The notes: generated by a model not told the origin, from the sequence alone. Positions 45,727 through 61,702 are shown, numbered from the stretch's first letter. The stretch: 64,000 nucleotides of DNA from Eledone cirrhosa (GCA_964016885.1 OZ024742.1:322152001-322216000), one strand, 5' to 3'. Program-made: numbers and translations.

Positions 45727-45990
45727 GTCCTGATGATTTCTAACAAGAATGAAACGCGTAGATTACTTCCCTTGCTTTTATCGAGAATCTAATTGTAATA
45801 CGTGACGTATTCTATTCTATAGCGATTAGGTCTTCAAAATGTTTATTATAAACATACAGAATATTTTCGAATATTCTATGTCTATATTCATCTATATATA
45901 TATATGTATATATATGTATATATATATATGTATATATATATATATGCATATATATGTATATATATCTATATCTATATATATGTATATATA

Positions 45991-46096
<106 letters not shown>

Positions 46097-46265
46097 TAAA
46101 TAATTAGTATATCTACCTACATATGTATACAGATGCATACCTATGCTAGCAAATATATATGTTTTGTCTTAGTAACTTTGTGGTTCTATGCAAGGGGATG
46201 CAGAACAATTATATGAAAGACGTAAATAAGAAAGTTATGAAAATTGACTTACTTACTAAAATTTC

Positions 46266-46346
46266 ACTCCAACTAATTAGTTTCTGTAAGGGGATAAATA
46301 TGGTTACGGAGTGTATCCATAGAGAAGCCTTACGTCATCAGGGAGT
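46266..46346 (-). ncRNA. Type I hammerhead ribozyme
   Basis: Inverted copy of 47051-47131, with a GUU site. Confidence 0.8.
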
Positions 46347-47050
46347 CTATTCTCAGCTAAGCTTCCAGGTAATGCGGTGACACTGGGAACTTATATAAAA
46401 ATAATTCAGTGGATGGAAAAAAGCGAGCGGGGCTAGATTCCAAGACATTGAAAAATTCACTGCCTACTTGGTCAAGTGGCAAATTCAAAAGAATCAATCA
46501 TGTGACACTGAGGTTAATCAGCCAGGAGTGGGGGTGCTATTAAGACAGAGCCTAGCCACTACTATTAATCACACTAGTAATTTCGGCAAATTTTGCTCAT
46601 TAGTTGGAGTGAAATTTTAGTAAGTCAATTTTCATAACTTTCTTATTTACGTATTTCATATAATTGTTCTGAATCCCCTTGCATAGAACCACAAAGTTAG
46701 TAAGACAAAACATATATATTTGCTAGCATAGGTATGCATCTGTATACATATGTCGGTAAATATACGAATTCTTTATAATTATCTCCAAATTATTTGTTGA
46801 CCAAAATTTGCCGAAATTACTACTATGATTAATAGTAGTGGCTAGGCTCTGTCTTAATAGCACCCCCACTCCTAGCTGATTAACCTCAGTGTCACGTGAT
46901 TGATTCTATTGAATTTGCCACTTGACCAAGTAGGCAGTGAATTTTTCAATGTCTTGGAATCTAGCCCCGCTCGCTTCTTTCCATCCACTGAATTATTTTT
47001 ATATAAGTTCCCAGTGTCCCCGCATTGCCTGGAAGCTTAGCTGAGAATAG

Positions 47051-47131
47051 ACTCCCTGATGACGTAAGGCTTCTCTATGGATACACTCCGTAACCATATT
47101 TATCCCCTTACAGAAACTAATTAGTCGGAGT
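47051..47131 (+). ncRNA. Type I hammerhead ribozyme
   Basis: ACUCC-CUGAUGA-c-GUAAGG...CCUUAC-a-GAA-ACUAAUUAGU-C-GGAGU. Confidence 0.88.
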
Positions 47132-47181
47132 GAAATTTTAGTAAGTAAGTCAATTTTCATAACTTTCTTATTTACGTCTTT

Positions 47182-47231
<50 letters not shown>

Positions 47232-47269
47232 AAAGAATAGAGGTGTAACACACAAGTTATTATATGTTG

Positions 47270-47395
47270 GTAAACGGAATAGAAAATGCTGACAAATTGT
47301 TCACAGTTGAAAAATAGTTTAATTAGGAATAAAGAGTATTATTCCTAATTAAACTATTTTTCAACTGTGAACAATTTGTCAGCATTTTCTATTCC

Positions 47396-47400
<5 letters not shown>
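47270..47400. repeat. ~130-bp palindrome made from the PLE terminus found at 55440-55513
   Basis: Arms TAAACGGAATAGAAAATGCTGACAAATTG.. and its reverse complement; centre ~47335. Confidence 0.8.
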
Positions 47401-47445
<45 letters not shown>

Positions 47446-47667
47446 ATGAGAAGAAAAAAGAATACTGCGTGGTTGCACATGGGTTACATATGATAAAAAT
47501 AGTCCTTCGTCAGTGATTTTCCAACCATCATTGGTATTTCATCGCATTAAAAATCATATATCTCAGGTTGGTGCGAGCAATAACTAAAAAAAGTTATTGG
47601 GACCAGTAAATCGCACATATACATATATATATACATATATACATATATATATACATGTATATACATA

Positions 47668-47703
<36 letters not shown>

Positions 47704-47732
47704 AATATATATATATATACATATATATATAC

Positions 47733-47795
<63 letters not shown>

Positions 47796-47841
47796 ATATG
47801 TATATGTATATATATGTATATGTATATATATATGTATATGT

Positions 47842-47938
<97 letters not shown>

Positions 47939-47990
47939 ATAAGTATGTATGTATACGTACATACATATATGTATACAGACGTACAGTAGC

Positions 47991-48061
<71 letters not shown>

Positions 48062-48285
48062 CAGGTACACATATATATATGTACGTATCAGTTTAGCGGA
48101 CGTTTAAGTAGAGTGCCGTATTAAGAGGTGAGAAATGAAATTTCGTTTCATTCTATTCCAACTTATCGTTTTCGGTGCGCCTGGCCGACTGAACTCACTC
48201 GATATGCAAATTAGGCTGCTCAGCCGTTAATTTTCATAAGGAAAGTATATACTTTCGAACGTTCAACCATCTGGCAGAAGGGTAT

Positions 48286-48328
48286 ACGGTGCTGACGATA
48301 GCTAACAAGCTTGAAACTAGTACATCGT
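48286..48328 (+). ncRNA. Minimal type I hammerhead ribozyme
   Basis: ACGGUG-CUGACGA-u-AGCU(aaca)AGCU-u-GAA-ACUAGU-A-CAUCGU; lies in element 48060-48480, which has inverted ends and a partial direct copy at 48620-48713. Confidence 0.88.
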
Positions 48329-48477
48329 TCCTGTGTCAGTGTTGAACAAAAAGGTGACGTGGTTGCCTTAACACCGTACGGCATAAATCAGGCTGTCAGT
48401 TTGTTTACAAACGGACAAAGCGAGCGTTATAATAAACGTCCGCTAAACTGATACGTACATATATATATGTGTACCTG

Positions 48478-48559
<82 letters not shown>

Positions 48560-48715
48560 CATGCTACTGTACGTCTGTATACATATATGTATGTACGTAT
48601 ACATACATACTTACATTTAAGTAAGTGCCGTACTAAGAGTGAGAAATGAAATTTCGTTTCATTCTATTCTAACTTATCGTTTTCGGTGCACCTGGCCGAC
48701 TGAACTCACTCGATT

Positions 48716-49950
48716 TAGAGGGTGGTTGGAAAGGATGAAAAAGAGGAGGAGATGAGAGTAAAAAATATTAAATATAGCATCTTTTGGAAGAAGGTTTCTT
48801 CTGCGTCTGCATACTTGAACAGTTCTCTATCCAAAATTTGCAATCTCAGTCTAAATGAAAAATTTACCATTATTTCTAATTTAGATTCTATAATAAATAG
48901 ACGCACTGACTTGTTTTCTATCTGCTTGCATAAATTCCATAAAACATTTCACAAAGTATACAGCTAATATTCAATTCTTTATCAATTTAGAATCTTTTTC
49001 TCAAAGGCACATATATATATATATACAGTTCTTTTAAAAATATACCCATCTTTCTACCTTATTTCAAAGGTTATTATACATTCTATAATACTTGTTACTC
49101 ATTCTACATCGCTCCTATTTATCACTTCCCTTTCTTCTCTTCTTCTTTTAATGTCTAACCCCTAATCTGTACCTTTTCTCACTCTTGCCTAACATAGAAT
49201 CAATTATTACATAATACAATACATTCTTACTCTATATCACCTTGTAAAAATCCTTCGTAAACATATACATTTTTTTGACGTTAGATTATTCATCCTCAAT
49301 TCATTATTCTTTTCTCCCTTTCATCTAACTCATTCATCTCACAATATTTCCTTACTTAAATAACCTGTTGTTCCTTTTAATAATACATATCAACATTTTC
49401 TTAACATCGCACATATTATTAAACCCTTAAACATTATTCTCAATACATATTAACATTTTCTTTTTTCATCGCACATATTATCAAACCCCTCAATATACAA
49501 ACCTTAACTTTACATTATTTTTCTCTTCGTTAATTTTCAAATTCTTTTAATTTATACATTATCTTCCAACCGTTTTCAACCTCTCTATGTAAAACAATAT
49601 ATCTTTCTCAGTTATAAAAGCTATCTCTCTCTCTCTATCACCCATCTCTCCTCCTATCTCATCCTTCCTCATTATACTCCTCCCTCTCCACTTTTTACTC
49701 TCATCTCCTCCTCTTTTTCATCCTTCCCCCCCCCCCCCCTCTAAATAAAATATTTTTCCCAATATCACACATCAATCTAAAACTACTTCTCATATGTTGA
49801 TTTAAAACTGAACTATCCACAAGTGTTTTTTAACCTTCATATCATGTCTTCATGTTTTATCTGATGAAAACACAAATATTATTGCATGATGATATTTGTT
49901 TTTGAAATGCGCATAATAAAATACATGGAACTCTTTTAACCATCTTTTGT
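48716..49950 (+). mobile_element. PLE 3' fragment: inverted leader, GIY-YIG C-terminus, pyrimidine/AT-rich UTR, HHR
   Basis: IKYSIFWKKVSSASAY..KICNLSLNEK..IINRRTDLFSICLHK parallels the end of ORF 59976-59581; 48716-48765 is inverted relative to 49692-49744. Confidence 0.65.
49855..49921 (+). ncRNA. Type I hammerhead ribozyme
   Basis: UUUUAU-CUGAUGA-..ACAAAUAUU...GAUAUUUGU..-GAA-AUGCGCAU-A-AUAAAA. Confidence 0.8.
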
Positions 49951-50380
49951 TCTTATATATTATATATATATATATTTCGAATTTTGTTTATCGTGAACTC
50001 GTGCGCCGATTTTTCGATACTCGATTATTCTACTATATATATATATATACACATAGACATTCTTTATGTAGGCGGACAGTACCTGATTTTGGAGTCGCAG
50101 AAACCAATACTGGATTTTACCATCAGTCCAGGGTCCGGGAAAGTATCAACACATATATTTTTATTGTTTGACCCGAATTACTTGGTCGTTTGTTTTGGCT
50201 GTGCGGATGATATGTTTAACCATCATCTCAGTGTGTTTGGCCCTTAACGTATGTTGTAGCTCTGATTCACATGAATCATCGAGCGCTTGCCACACATATC
50301 GGATGTTGATTTTCGTTAATTCCTGTGCTGAAATACGATTCTCGCTAATTTATATTTATATATACATATATATATATATT

Positions 50381-50772
50381 TGGTGGCTGCCAACTCGTTT
50401 TCGAGTACGGCCACTACTTTATATCCATGTAGGAGAACTCCTACGACTGTGACTTTTTAGTCCAGCCAGCGACTTGAAAACTCTGGTACAAACACTACGC
50501 TTGTAACAATTATTGACACATAGTGCTGGGCCCATGGTACCATGTGACGACAAGTAAAGGGAGATCTCCAGATATAAAGCAATGCCTGTGTCGTGAAGCT
50601 TTTATAGTGAGCAAAGGCACTGCACAAAGCCAGTCCCACTCTCTTAACCAAGATGATATTTACCAAAAAGAAGAACAAGTCAACATCATTGGATACCATC
50701 AGGGTTGCAGGTGTTATATCAGAGTTTTCCTTCTCCTAGAATTCTGCCTTGACAAAGGCTAAGGGGTCATCT
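50381..50772 (-). mobile_element. Family R1 copy (truncated at a (TA)n tract)
   Basis: Near-identical to 39058-39450. Confidence 0.75.
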
Positions 50773-50773
50773 C

Positions 50774-51278
<505 letters not shown>

Positions 51279-54200
51279 ATGAGAGTATTCAATACTCTCT
51301 TATCCTTACACCTGAGCCAGGAATTGTTTGCATCCGTAAGGGAACTGTTTAGACTGTCGGAGAAATGGGCCAATCCTGGCTGTCAAATTATTTTCCTGAA
51401 ACGCTGCCTAAAAAACGATGTCATCCCCAACACCATCAGGAACATCCGCTTACCAGTAAGCCTACGTACACCAACTTTCCAAAACACCTCTAACCGCATA
51501 CATCGCACGTGTATTAAACAGATCCTGAGACATCTCAGCCGTCAATTACACGTCCATAAGCGGACACTCTCAGAGTGGACACATCGGCTGCCAATAGCAC
51601 CCGGGGACTTGCTCCTGAAAATCACTAAAGCAATCGACCAGTGCTACCACTCCAGAGTCCAATACCAGAAAAAACGGCTCAAGCGAAAATATGAGTGGAT
51701 CTTGTCGAAACGCCACAACGAGAACATCGACACTAACGAACAGACGGACCAGAACCACATGGAAAACGACAACTTAACAACCGCCACCGCCGCATCCACC
51801 AACACCGAGCCACACCTCAACGATGCGACGCACCTGGTCTCCGACCTAACCGGCACTCTCACGAGCGACGAGCTGAAACTCCTACACCTCGGACCCAAGT
51901 TCATCGTCTCACAACGTCTCGACGACAGACTCAAACTCAACATCGAGGCCAACTTTTGTCGAGCCGCTTACCAACTTAAATGGGTGACCGCCATCAACAG
52001 CGCCACAGAAAATAACAGCGCCCACGCAACCGACCCCAAGTTCCCCACTTACCACCGCGACAACCCACTCCACCCCCCACCCACCAACCACGAACTCGAC
52101 ACTAAACTCATCGGGCTAAAACACTCCATCTCGGATATACTTCACAAACACACACACACACGCACAACACATAACCTCACCAAATCTCAACTCACCACTC
52201 CTTCCAACCTAAAATCGAAGAACCTCATCTATCTCTCCTCCGACAAGGGAAAAGAATTCTGCGTCATCAGCAGAGAGGCCTACAACACCCTGGCCCTCCA
52301 ACACCTTGACGATGACAACCTCTACTCCAAGGTCACGGGAATCACTCCCGCGCAGATAGAAGAGCACATCAACGCCGCCTGGACCAACATCTGCGACCGA
52401 CGGAAGCTCACGAAGAAGCTGAGATACAACCTCCTCACGAGGAACAGCAGACTACCCGCCTTCTACCACCTCGTGAAAACACACAAACAGGGACCCGACC
52501 TGAAGATCAGGCCCATCGTATCGAGCGTGGAGGGACCACTCTACAAAATGTCATGGCTCCTAGCCAGAATACTCAAACCCATCTTAGACACCTTGCTGGG
52601 ACACGTTAACAGCTCCGAGGAGGTGTTGAAGCGCCTGCATCAAATGGATCCCGATACCAGAAGGAATAACAGATATGCCTTCAGCCTTGATGTAGTCGCT
52701 CTCTACACCTCGGTCCCGGCACTCCCGGCCGTCAATATACTTATGGAACGCGTCCAATCCACCGACCTACACTGCTTCGGGCTCACCACCACTGACATCC
52801 ACCAACTCCTATCCATCGTCGTCGACAACACCTACTTCGGATTCCTTGACCAAACATACCAACAAACCTCGGGATTGCCCATGGGATCATGCTTGTCGGG
52901 TGTGCTAGTGATCTCTTACATGGACAAGCTCGAGCGCAAGGCACTCAACGCCTGCCACTCCAACGCCGTCGCCTTTTTCTCAAGGTACGTGGACGATATC
53001 CTCATCCTCACATCTTCCCAAGACACGGCGAACATATACATAGAGGGACTCAAATTTATCTTGGAGAACAATTACTTCGTTTTCAATAACAAACCCTACA
53101 GGCAGAAATCTGGGACCGCTATGGGAACGAAAACAGCCCCTACTTATGCCAACCTAGTCATGGGATACCTGGAAATGACCCTCTACACTAAAGTCCTAAA
53201 CAAATTTGGAAACACCCTCCACTTACACATTGAAAGGAACTGGAAGTGATATCTAGATGACTGCTTCATCCTTTGGCACGAAAACATCGAAAAACTTAAA
53301 GAATTTCACACCCTTATAAATGGGCTCAACACAAATATTAACTTCACGATGGAATACAGCCATCAACAACTCCCCTTCCTCGACATCCTCATTAAGATCC
53401 ATAACAAAAAAATAGAAACAGACATATACTACAAGCCCACAGACTCCAAGCAATATCTCCCCTTCAACTCTTGCCACCCTAGACACGTTAAAATTAATAT
53501 TCCCTACAACTTAGCCAAGAGAATCTGTACTATAGTCTCCAATAAAAACATCTGCTACTTACGGCTACAAGAACTAAAGGACACACTCATAGGCAGGGAC
53601 TACTCTGCATCACTAATTGACAATGGAATCCAACGTGCCCTAAAACTCAGTACCCAGGACCTTAGACACCCTAAAGTAAATCAACCAAAACTAAAAGCTC
53701 TTCCATACATCTCCACACACAACCCCCTCAACAATGAGGCCTTTGACACCATCCTCCAGAACATCCCTGTATTGAAAAAGGACCATAGAATGAACCAAAT
53801 TCTACGAACACACGATATCATAAAGAGCAAAAGACAATCCAAGTCAATGAAAAACATCTTAACACATGCCAAAGTACTGCCAACCACAACAACGAAACCC
53901 ACAGTAAAAAAAATGCGATAGACCCAACTGTGGCATTTGCATCAACCTAATAGAGGGTTCGGAATTCTATTTCAAAGATGGACAACGTTTTATAGTAAAA
54001 CACAATTTCACATGTGCATCGGAAAATCTAATATATGTATTAACTTGTTCAGGTTGTCGAGAACAATACATAGGCCAGACCAAAAGCAGCCTCCGCCAAC
54101 GCATGACTGTCCATAGATCCCAAATTAAAATACGGGAATACAGGAAAATACCACTGAGTGAACACATTGATACCTGTGCCGCCCAAAATCATCCCAACTT

Positions 54201-54312
54201 CAGAATCTTTCCCCTCTACAAATTTAAAGATAATGCCACCCACACCCAGCGCATCAGCAAGGAATCTTACTTCATTAACAAATACGGACCCCGTCTAAAC
54301 ACTTCTCCCTAA
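51279..54312 (+). pseudogene. Penelope-like element polyprotein (RT + C-terminal GIY-YIG), chimeric and disrupted
   Basis: ATG at 51279; [44 protein letters not shown] and RYVDD, then a second GTAMG..PTYANL and WK*YLDD, LPFLDI, YYKPT, SCHP, C.RPNC.IC and LIYVLTC..C..YIGQT..LRQRM..H. TGA at 53247-49 and a +1 frameshift in the A-run at ~53907. Confidence 0.92.
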
Positions 54313-54706
54313 GACGAACCCACAACATACACACGTCAACATACATACCTACATCAGCACACATCTCTACCCACATATAAACACAATGACACACGTAAAC
54401 ACACATGCTCTATGGTGCAATACAAAAAAATATATGTGCATATATATGTATGTATATGTGTATATATATGTATATATGTAGTGAATATATGTATGTGTAT
54501 ATATATATATAGTGAATATCATTTCACACCTTTTATTGTTAAGATTTTTGATGTTCTATTAAGAGAACCGATTTTACTGAAAAAATCGAATAATGTACAC
54601 CATTTTACCAGGGGGAAAAAAATACTGGTCCACCCACACACACACACACACACACATATATATACACAAACACATACACACGCGTACATCAACATACAAA
54701 GAGACT

Positions 54707-54757
<51 letters not shown>

Positions 54758-54856
54758 TTCTCCGTATAAGACAAAAGCTGAAAAATATCTTTTGACATGC
54801 TAAAATACCCCCCATTGCTTTCAGACACATTCTTACTGACCATCGAATTACTCTGC

Positions 54857-54891
<35 letters not shown>

Positions 54892-54960
54892 ATCTTAATA
54901 GCCATTTGACACACATCGCTGCTGGCCATTGTCGCAGCATCGAACACTTCACTACTACTA

Positions 54961-55026
<66 letters not shown>

Positions 55027-55356
55027 ACACACACACACATATTTGTTGTGAAAGAGTCATTTCTCAATCTTGGCGCAAAACCAATTTTTTATCCACATGA
55101 CCTCTACCGACCAATCAAAATTGTTTTGACCAAGAATTTTTGCTGGAGCCACTTTTTTAACATAAAAACAGTCTTGGCGCAAAATCAACTTTTTACATTC
55201 ACATGACCTCTACCGACCAATCAAAATTGTTTTGACCACAAGCATTTTTGCAACACAAAAATAACGCTGGAGCCACTTTTTTAACATAAAAACAGGTAGA
55301 ATTCCCCAAACTAATCAGATCAGAGCAAACAGCACGGACACTCTATCTCAAAATTA

Positions 55357-55393
55357 TTTTTGAAAAGCATTTAGAAATGCGCAACCGGTAAAA
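55357..55393 (+). ncRNA. Hammerhead-like motif (U3-A8 core; GAAA mutated to GCAA)
   Basis: UUU-UUGAAAA-GCAUU(uaga)AAUGC-GCA-ACCGGU-A-AAA; homologous to 40826-40864. Confidence 0.5.
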
Positions 55394-55511
55394 ACTTAAA
55401 AACTTAAAACCACAACTGAATACTAACCCATACAATCACTAATACTCTTTTATTCCTAATTAAACCATTTTTCAACTGTGAACAATTTGTCAGCATTTTC
55501 TATTCCGTTTA

Positions 55512-55565
<54 letters not shown>

Positions 55566-55569
55566 AACA

Positions 55570-58250
55570 TATATTGACGACTGTATCGGAGCCACGACCC
55601 TCGCCCAAGAACAGTTCGACTCCTTTCTCTCCTTCTTCTGCTCCTTCCACCCCTCCCTCCACTTCACCACCTCTATCTCCACCACCCACGTCCACTTCTT
55701 AGACATCTCCGTCGCCTTCGACCCCTCCCACCACTACCTCGTCACCTCCGCCTTCTTCAAACCCACCGACTCCCACTCTTACCTCGACTTGACCTCTTCC
55801 CACCCCACCCACATTAAACACTCCATTCCATACTCCCAACTTCTCAGGAACCGCCGCCTCTGTAGCCGAGATGCTGACTTTGAGTCCCAGGCCCTTTCCC
55901 TAGTCAGCCATTTCATCCGCAGAGGTTACCCCCCTCTCTCGTACACACCGCCCTCACCCGCGCCGGTGCTGTCCCCCGCTCCACCACACTCACCCCACGC
56001 CACCGCACACCCACCCACTGTCTCCTCTTCCCATCACCTACCACCCCTCCACCGCACCCCTCCACCGCACCATCCGCCGCCTCTTCCGACGCCTCCAGTC
56101 CGACCCCTCCACCTCCCACATCTTCCCAACCCCACCACTCCCCTCCTTCGAACGCGCACGCAATCTCCGCCCCCTCCTCGTCCATAGCTCCCTACCCCCC
56201 AACCCACGCTCTGCCCCCCCCCGGTTCCTTTCCCTGTTCTAGGCCCCGCTGCAACACCTGTCCCCACATCACCAACACCACCACCTTCCAGGGTCCCAAC
56301 GGCCACTCTCTCTCTGTCCGGCATGCCTTCCGCTGCACCTCCTCCAACCTAGTCTACGGACTTCGCAGCGCGACTTATGTCTGACAGATGGGACGTTGCC
56401 TGGCGGACCGATTCACTGAGCACCTCCGGGATATTCGTCTCGGGGGTAGTTCCCCCATCGCCCGCCACTTTGGTGGCCCTGGACATTCCGCACGCCATCT
56501 CACAGTCTGTGGCCTACTCCAGTGCCACGGAACACCCGCCAATCGCCTTAGGGTCGAACAAGGAACTATCTTCATCTTACAGACCCACACTCCCCCCGGC
56601 CTGAACTCCCCACCCTTATTCCTTTAGCCTTCGACCGCCCCCCTCCCACCAGACTTTTCCCCCACTAACACCACTAACACACCCCTCCTTTTCACCGCCC
56701 ACCCCACAACTAACAATACTAACACCTCCACTCCACCCCACATCTGACCACCCTTCCCCAACTAACATACTAACATCCCTCCCTTCTTCTCCTCCTCCCC
56801 CCTCCTTATCACACGCACACACCCACCGGCACATATATACACGCGCTCACACTAAACACACACCCTACTACCACCACTAACCCTCACCCCACACCTCTCA
56901 CCCCCACACCTCCATCCCACCACCCCGCAACTAACCTCACTAACACCCCCTAACCCCAAGCACACGAACACACGCACCCACTTACACCACCCACCCCACA
57001 CGCAACTAACATCACTAACACCCCCAACCCCACGCACACGTACCCACACACCCTCGTACACCACCAACTCTACACCCTACCACCACTAACCCCCACTCAC
57101 ATCTGCATTCAACCCCTCCCCACCTCCCGTATACGAACACACACTAACACCCCTTCATCAAACTACACACACACCAGTACACCACACTCCCTCCATCGAA
57201 CCACACACACCTTTCTCTCCCCGCTCCACCCACACCCTCGCTCCACACTCACTCATCCCACTAACACCTCTACTAATACACACACACACACCCTCCTCAC
57301 TCCAACTTTCACACCCACCCATCCTCGCCCCTTTACCATTCCACCGACTGCTACTATGCACTCTGACCACCTCCCAGCACAAACAGACACACAGCACTCC
57401 CACTGCTTGACCACTTCCTGTTGCGCGCGCACCCCACATCTCTCCTCTTCCAACCATCGCTTCATGGAATACTCGCACGTAGAAATTGACCACCACAGAA
57501 TCCACTAAACACCTTTGGATTTTACCAACTTTTCAACCATCCTCTCACGTAATCACCTATATACCTCACCCACACACACACCCCAAAAAAAATTTTTTCT
57601 CCACACGCCACCTACACCCACAACACGCTTAAACCCCACAAACACGTGCTTTCCACCATATATTTACACCCTCAGCCTCCTGATTCCTCTCCCCCCACCC
57701 CTCTATCCACACACGCACAGACACTCCGACCCCCCCACACACACACACACACACACCTCTTCCTGAACATGCAACCCCGTTCTTCCCCCAACCCTTACTT
57801 TCACATACACACACACACACACACACGTACACCTACACACACACACCACCTTCAGCCCTCCCCACTCGGACACCCGTCTCCCTCTCCCCACTCCACCCGC
57901 CACCACCCCTACACACCCCACACCCTTCCACCACCTGTTTTACCCCCCTTTTAATTTCAGTTTATTTTCATCATGCTTTTATATTTAAATTTATTTCATT
58001 CCTTGTATTTTGATCATGCTTTATTTTTATTTTTATTTTTATTTTTTTCATTCGCACCGTTTCCTTTCGCTATATGTCTCTCCCCCACTCCCCTACACAC
58101 CCTTTGAACTCTGTTCCCACACACTTCTCACCTGAGGAAGGGCGTATGCCCGAAACGTCGTCCCCCACCAACACCCCACTCTCCAGAGCGTGAAATTAAT
58201 AAACATTCGTTGTACTGCCTCTCTGTTTTGTCCCTGTTCAAATTTTTCCA
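55570..58250 (+). mobile_element. 5'-truncated C-rich Penelope-like element (Neptune-like), RT end to GIY-YIG (stop at 56627) with long C/A-rich 3' UTR
   Basis: YIDDCIG at 55570, VHFLDISV, KPTDSHSYL..SSHP, SIPYSQLLRNRRLCS, then frameshifted C.RPRCNTC, CTSSNLVY, LADRFTEH, PIARHF and PPGLN. Confidence 0.85.
58130..58161 (+). ncRNA. Minimal hammerhead motif at the PLE 3' end
   Basis: CUGAGGA-a-GGGC(guau)GCCC-GAA-ACGU-C; stem I only ~2 bp. Confidence 0.6.
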
Positions 58251-58280
58251 TTATATACATATACATATATATACATATAC

Positions 58281-58344
<64 letters not shown>

Positions 58345-58408
58345 ATATATCCTTATATATATATACATATATATATACATATATATATATACATATATAC
58401 ATATATAT

Positions 58409-58467
<59 letters not shown>

Positions 58468-58540
58468 CATATATACATATATACATATATACATATATAC
58501 ATATATATATACATATATATATATATATAAATACATATAT

Positions 58541-60032
<1,492 letters not shown>

Positions 60033-60115
60033 ATATATGTATTTATATATATATATATGTATATATATGTATATATATATGTATATATGTATTTATATAT
60101 GTATATATGTATATA

Positions 60116-60201
<86 letters not shown>

Positions 60202-60234
60202 TGTATATATATATATATGTATATATATATATGC

Positions 60235-60324
<90 letters not shown>

Positions 60325-60364
60325 ACATAAACATATATATATATACATATACATGTATATATAC

Positions 60365-60425
<61 letters not shown>

Positions 60426-60467
60426 TATACATATATCCATATATATATATACATATATATACATATT

Positions 60468-60504
<37 letters not shown>

Positions 60505-60537
60505 GTATATATATGTATATATGTATGTATATATGTA

Positions 60538-60584
<47 letters not shown>

Positions 60585-60833
60585 TATTAAAAAAATAATG
60601 AATAAACAAAGAAACAGTTCCTTATATTAAAAAAAAATTTCATTATTTTACGATCGTTTCTAGGATATATATGTGTTAGAGTTGGTATGCATATTCTATA
60701 GATCTATGTACAATATTTATACAAACTATCAGAGGGAATATACATATATTTTCTCTTTTCATGATATCCGGATTACATTGAGTTCTTCATACGGATTGGA
60801 CACTACCGTAAACTTTTGGTAGATTTTTTCTAC

Positions 60834-61014
<181 letters not shown>

Positions 61015-61148
61015 TGCATATATATATATATATTAATAAGAGGAATTCCAACTTAGTCTGATTTACTCGTTTTATTTACAAACCTTTAAAACTTGTAATG
61101 CTATTATAATGAAATAGTATGATAGAATATTAAATTCTAAGTGTTAAT

Positions 61149-61187
61149 TGAACAAGTACTTTCATGCTTTCGCAATCTTCAGGTTCA
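61149..61187 (-). ncRNA. Hammerhead ribozyme lacking helix II
   Basis: Inverted copy of 61703-61741. Confidence 0.7.
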
Positions 61188-61252
61188 TGATATGTGGTGA
61201 CAGTCGAGTTTCCAATTTTCAACTGTATATATATATATACATATACATATAC

Positions 61253-61351
<99 letters not shown>

Positions 61352-61542
61352 TATATCCATATATATATACATATCCACTAACAACAACAACAACAGTAAT
61401 AATAATAATAAAAGTGATGTTGATGGTGATGATTACTAGAAAATGCTATTTTCATTATTTCTAAAAATAGCAAAACAATTGATGCTTTGGATAGGATCAA
61501 TTAGTGGTCGTTAGACATGCTCAACCAACCGTGACGCCTAAA

Positions 61543-61665
61543 CCAATCAGCTTTAGTAATTCAGTGAAACTACACACCGATTGGTCGAAATACAGTTTGC
61601 AAGATTTAGCATTCTGGAGCGACTTTTCACTGTATATAAGGTACAAAATTTACCCATCTCATTAC
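61543..61665 (+). promoter_or_regulatory. Candidate Pol II promoter upstream of an HHR
   Basis: CCAAT at 61543, ATTGG at 61580, TATATAAG at 61633, and Inr-like TCATTAC with its A at 61661 (28 nt after the TATA start). Confidence 0.4.
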
Positions 61666-61702
61666 AGTTGAAAATTGCAAACATGACTGTCACCACACAT
61701 TA

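Larger units (their letters stand above)
44097..45890 (+). mobile_element. 300-bp tandem array (~5.3 units, 44295-45890) with a 5' inverted partial unit (44097-44295); retrozyme-like
   Basis: Sequence lines repeat exactly every 300 nt; one HHR per unit; no ORF; ends in (TA)n. Confidence 0.9.
46120..47185. mobile_element. ~1-kb inverted HHR element
   Basis: 46210-46595 is inverted at 46803-47185, and 46120-46275 is inverted at 46600-46755; homologous to 12231-12893. Confidence 0.8.
51279..55513 (+). mobile_element. Penelope-like retroelement including 3' UTR/pseudo-LTR, bounded by (TA)n on both sides
   Basis: ORF above, a CA-rich UTR with a short direct repeat (55069-55170 / 55173-55293), and an HHR-like motif at 55357-55393. 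Confidence 0.75.

Noticed and set aside
44295-45890. CRISPR array
   Set aside because: Units are identical over their whole 300 bp with no variable spacers; eukaryotic context and no cas genes.
53247-53249. In-frame TGA as selenocysteine or readthrough
   Set aside because: The sister element at ~42355 has AGA (Arg) at this position (WKRYLDD), so it is a simple nonsense mutation; a frameshift also follows.
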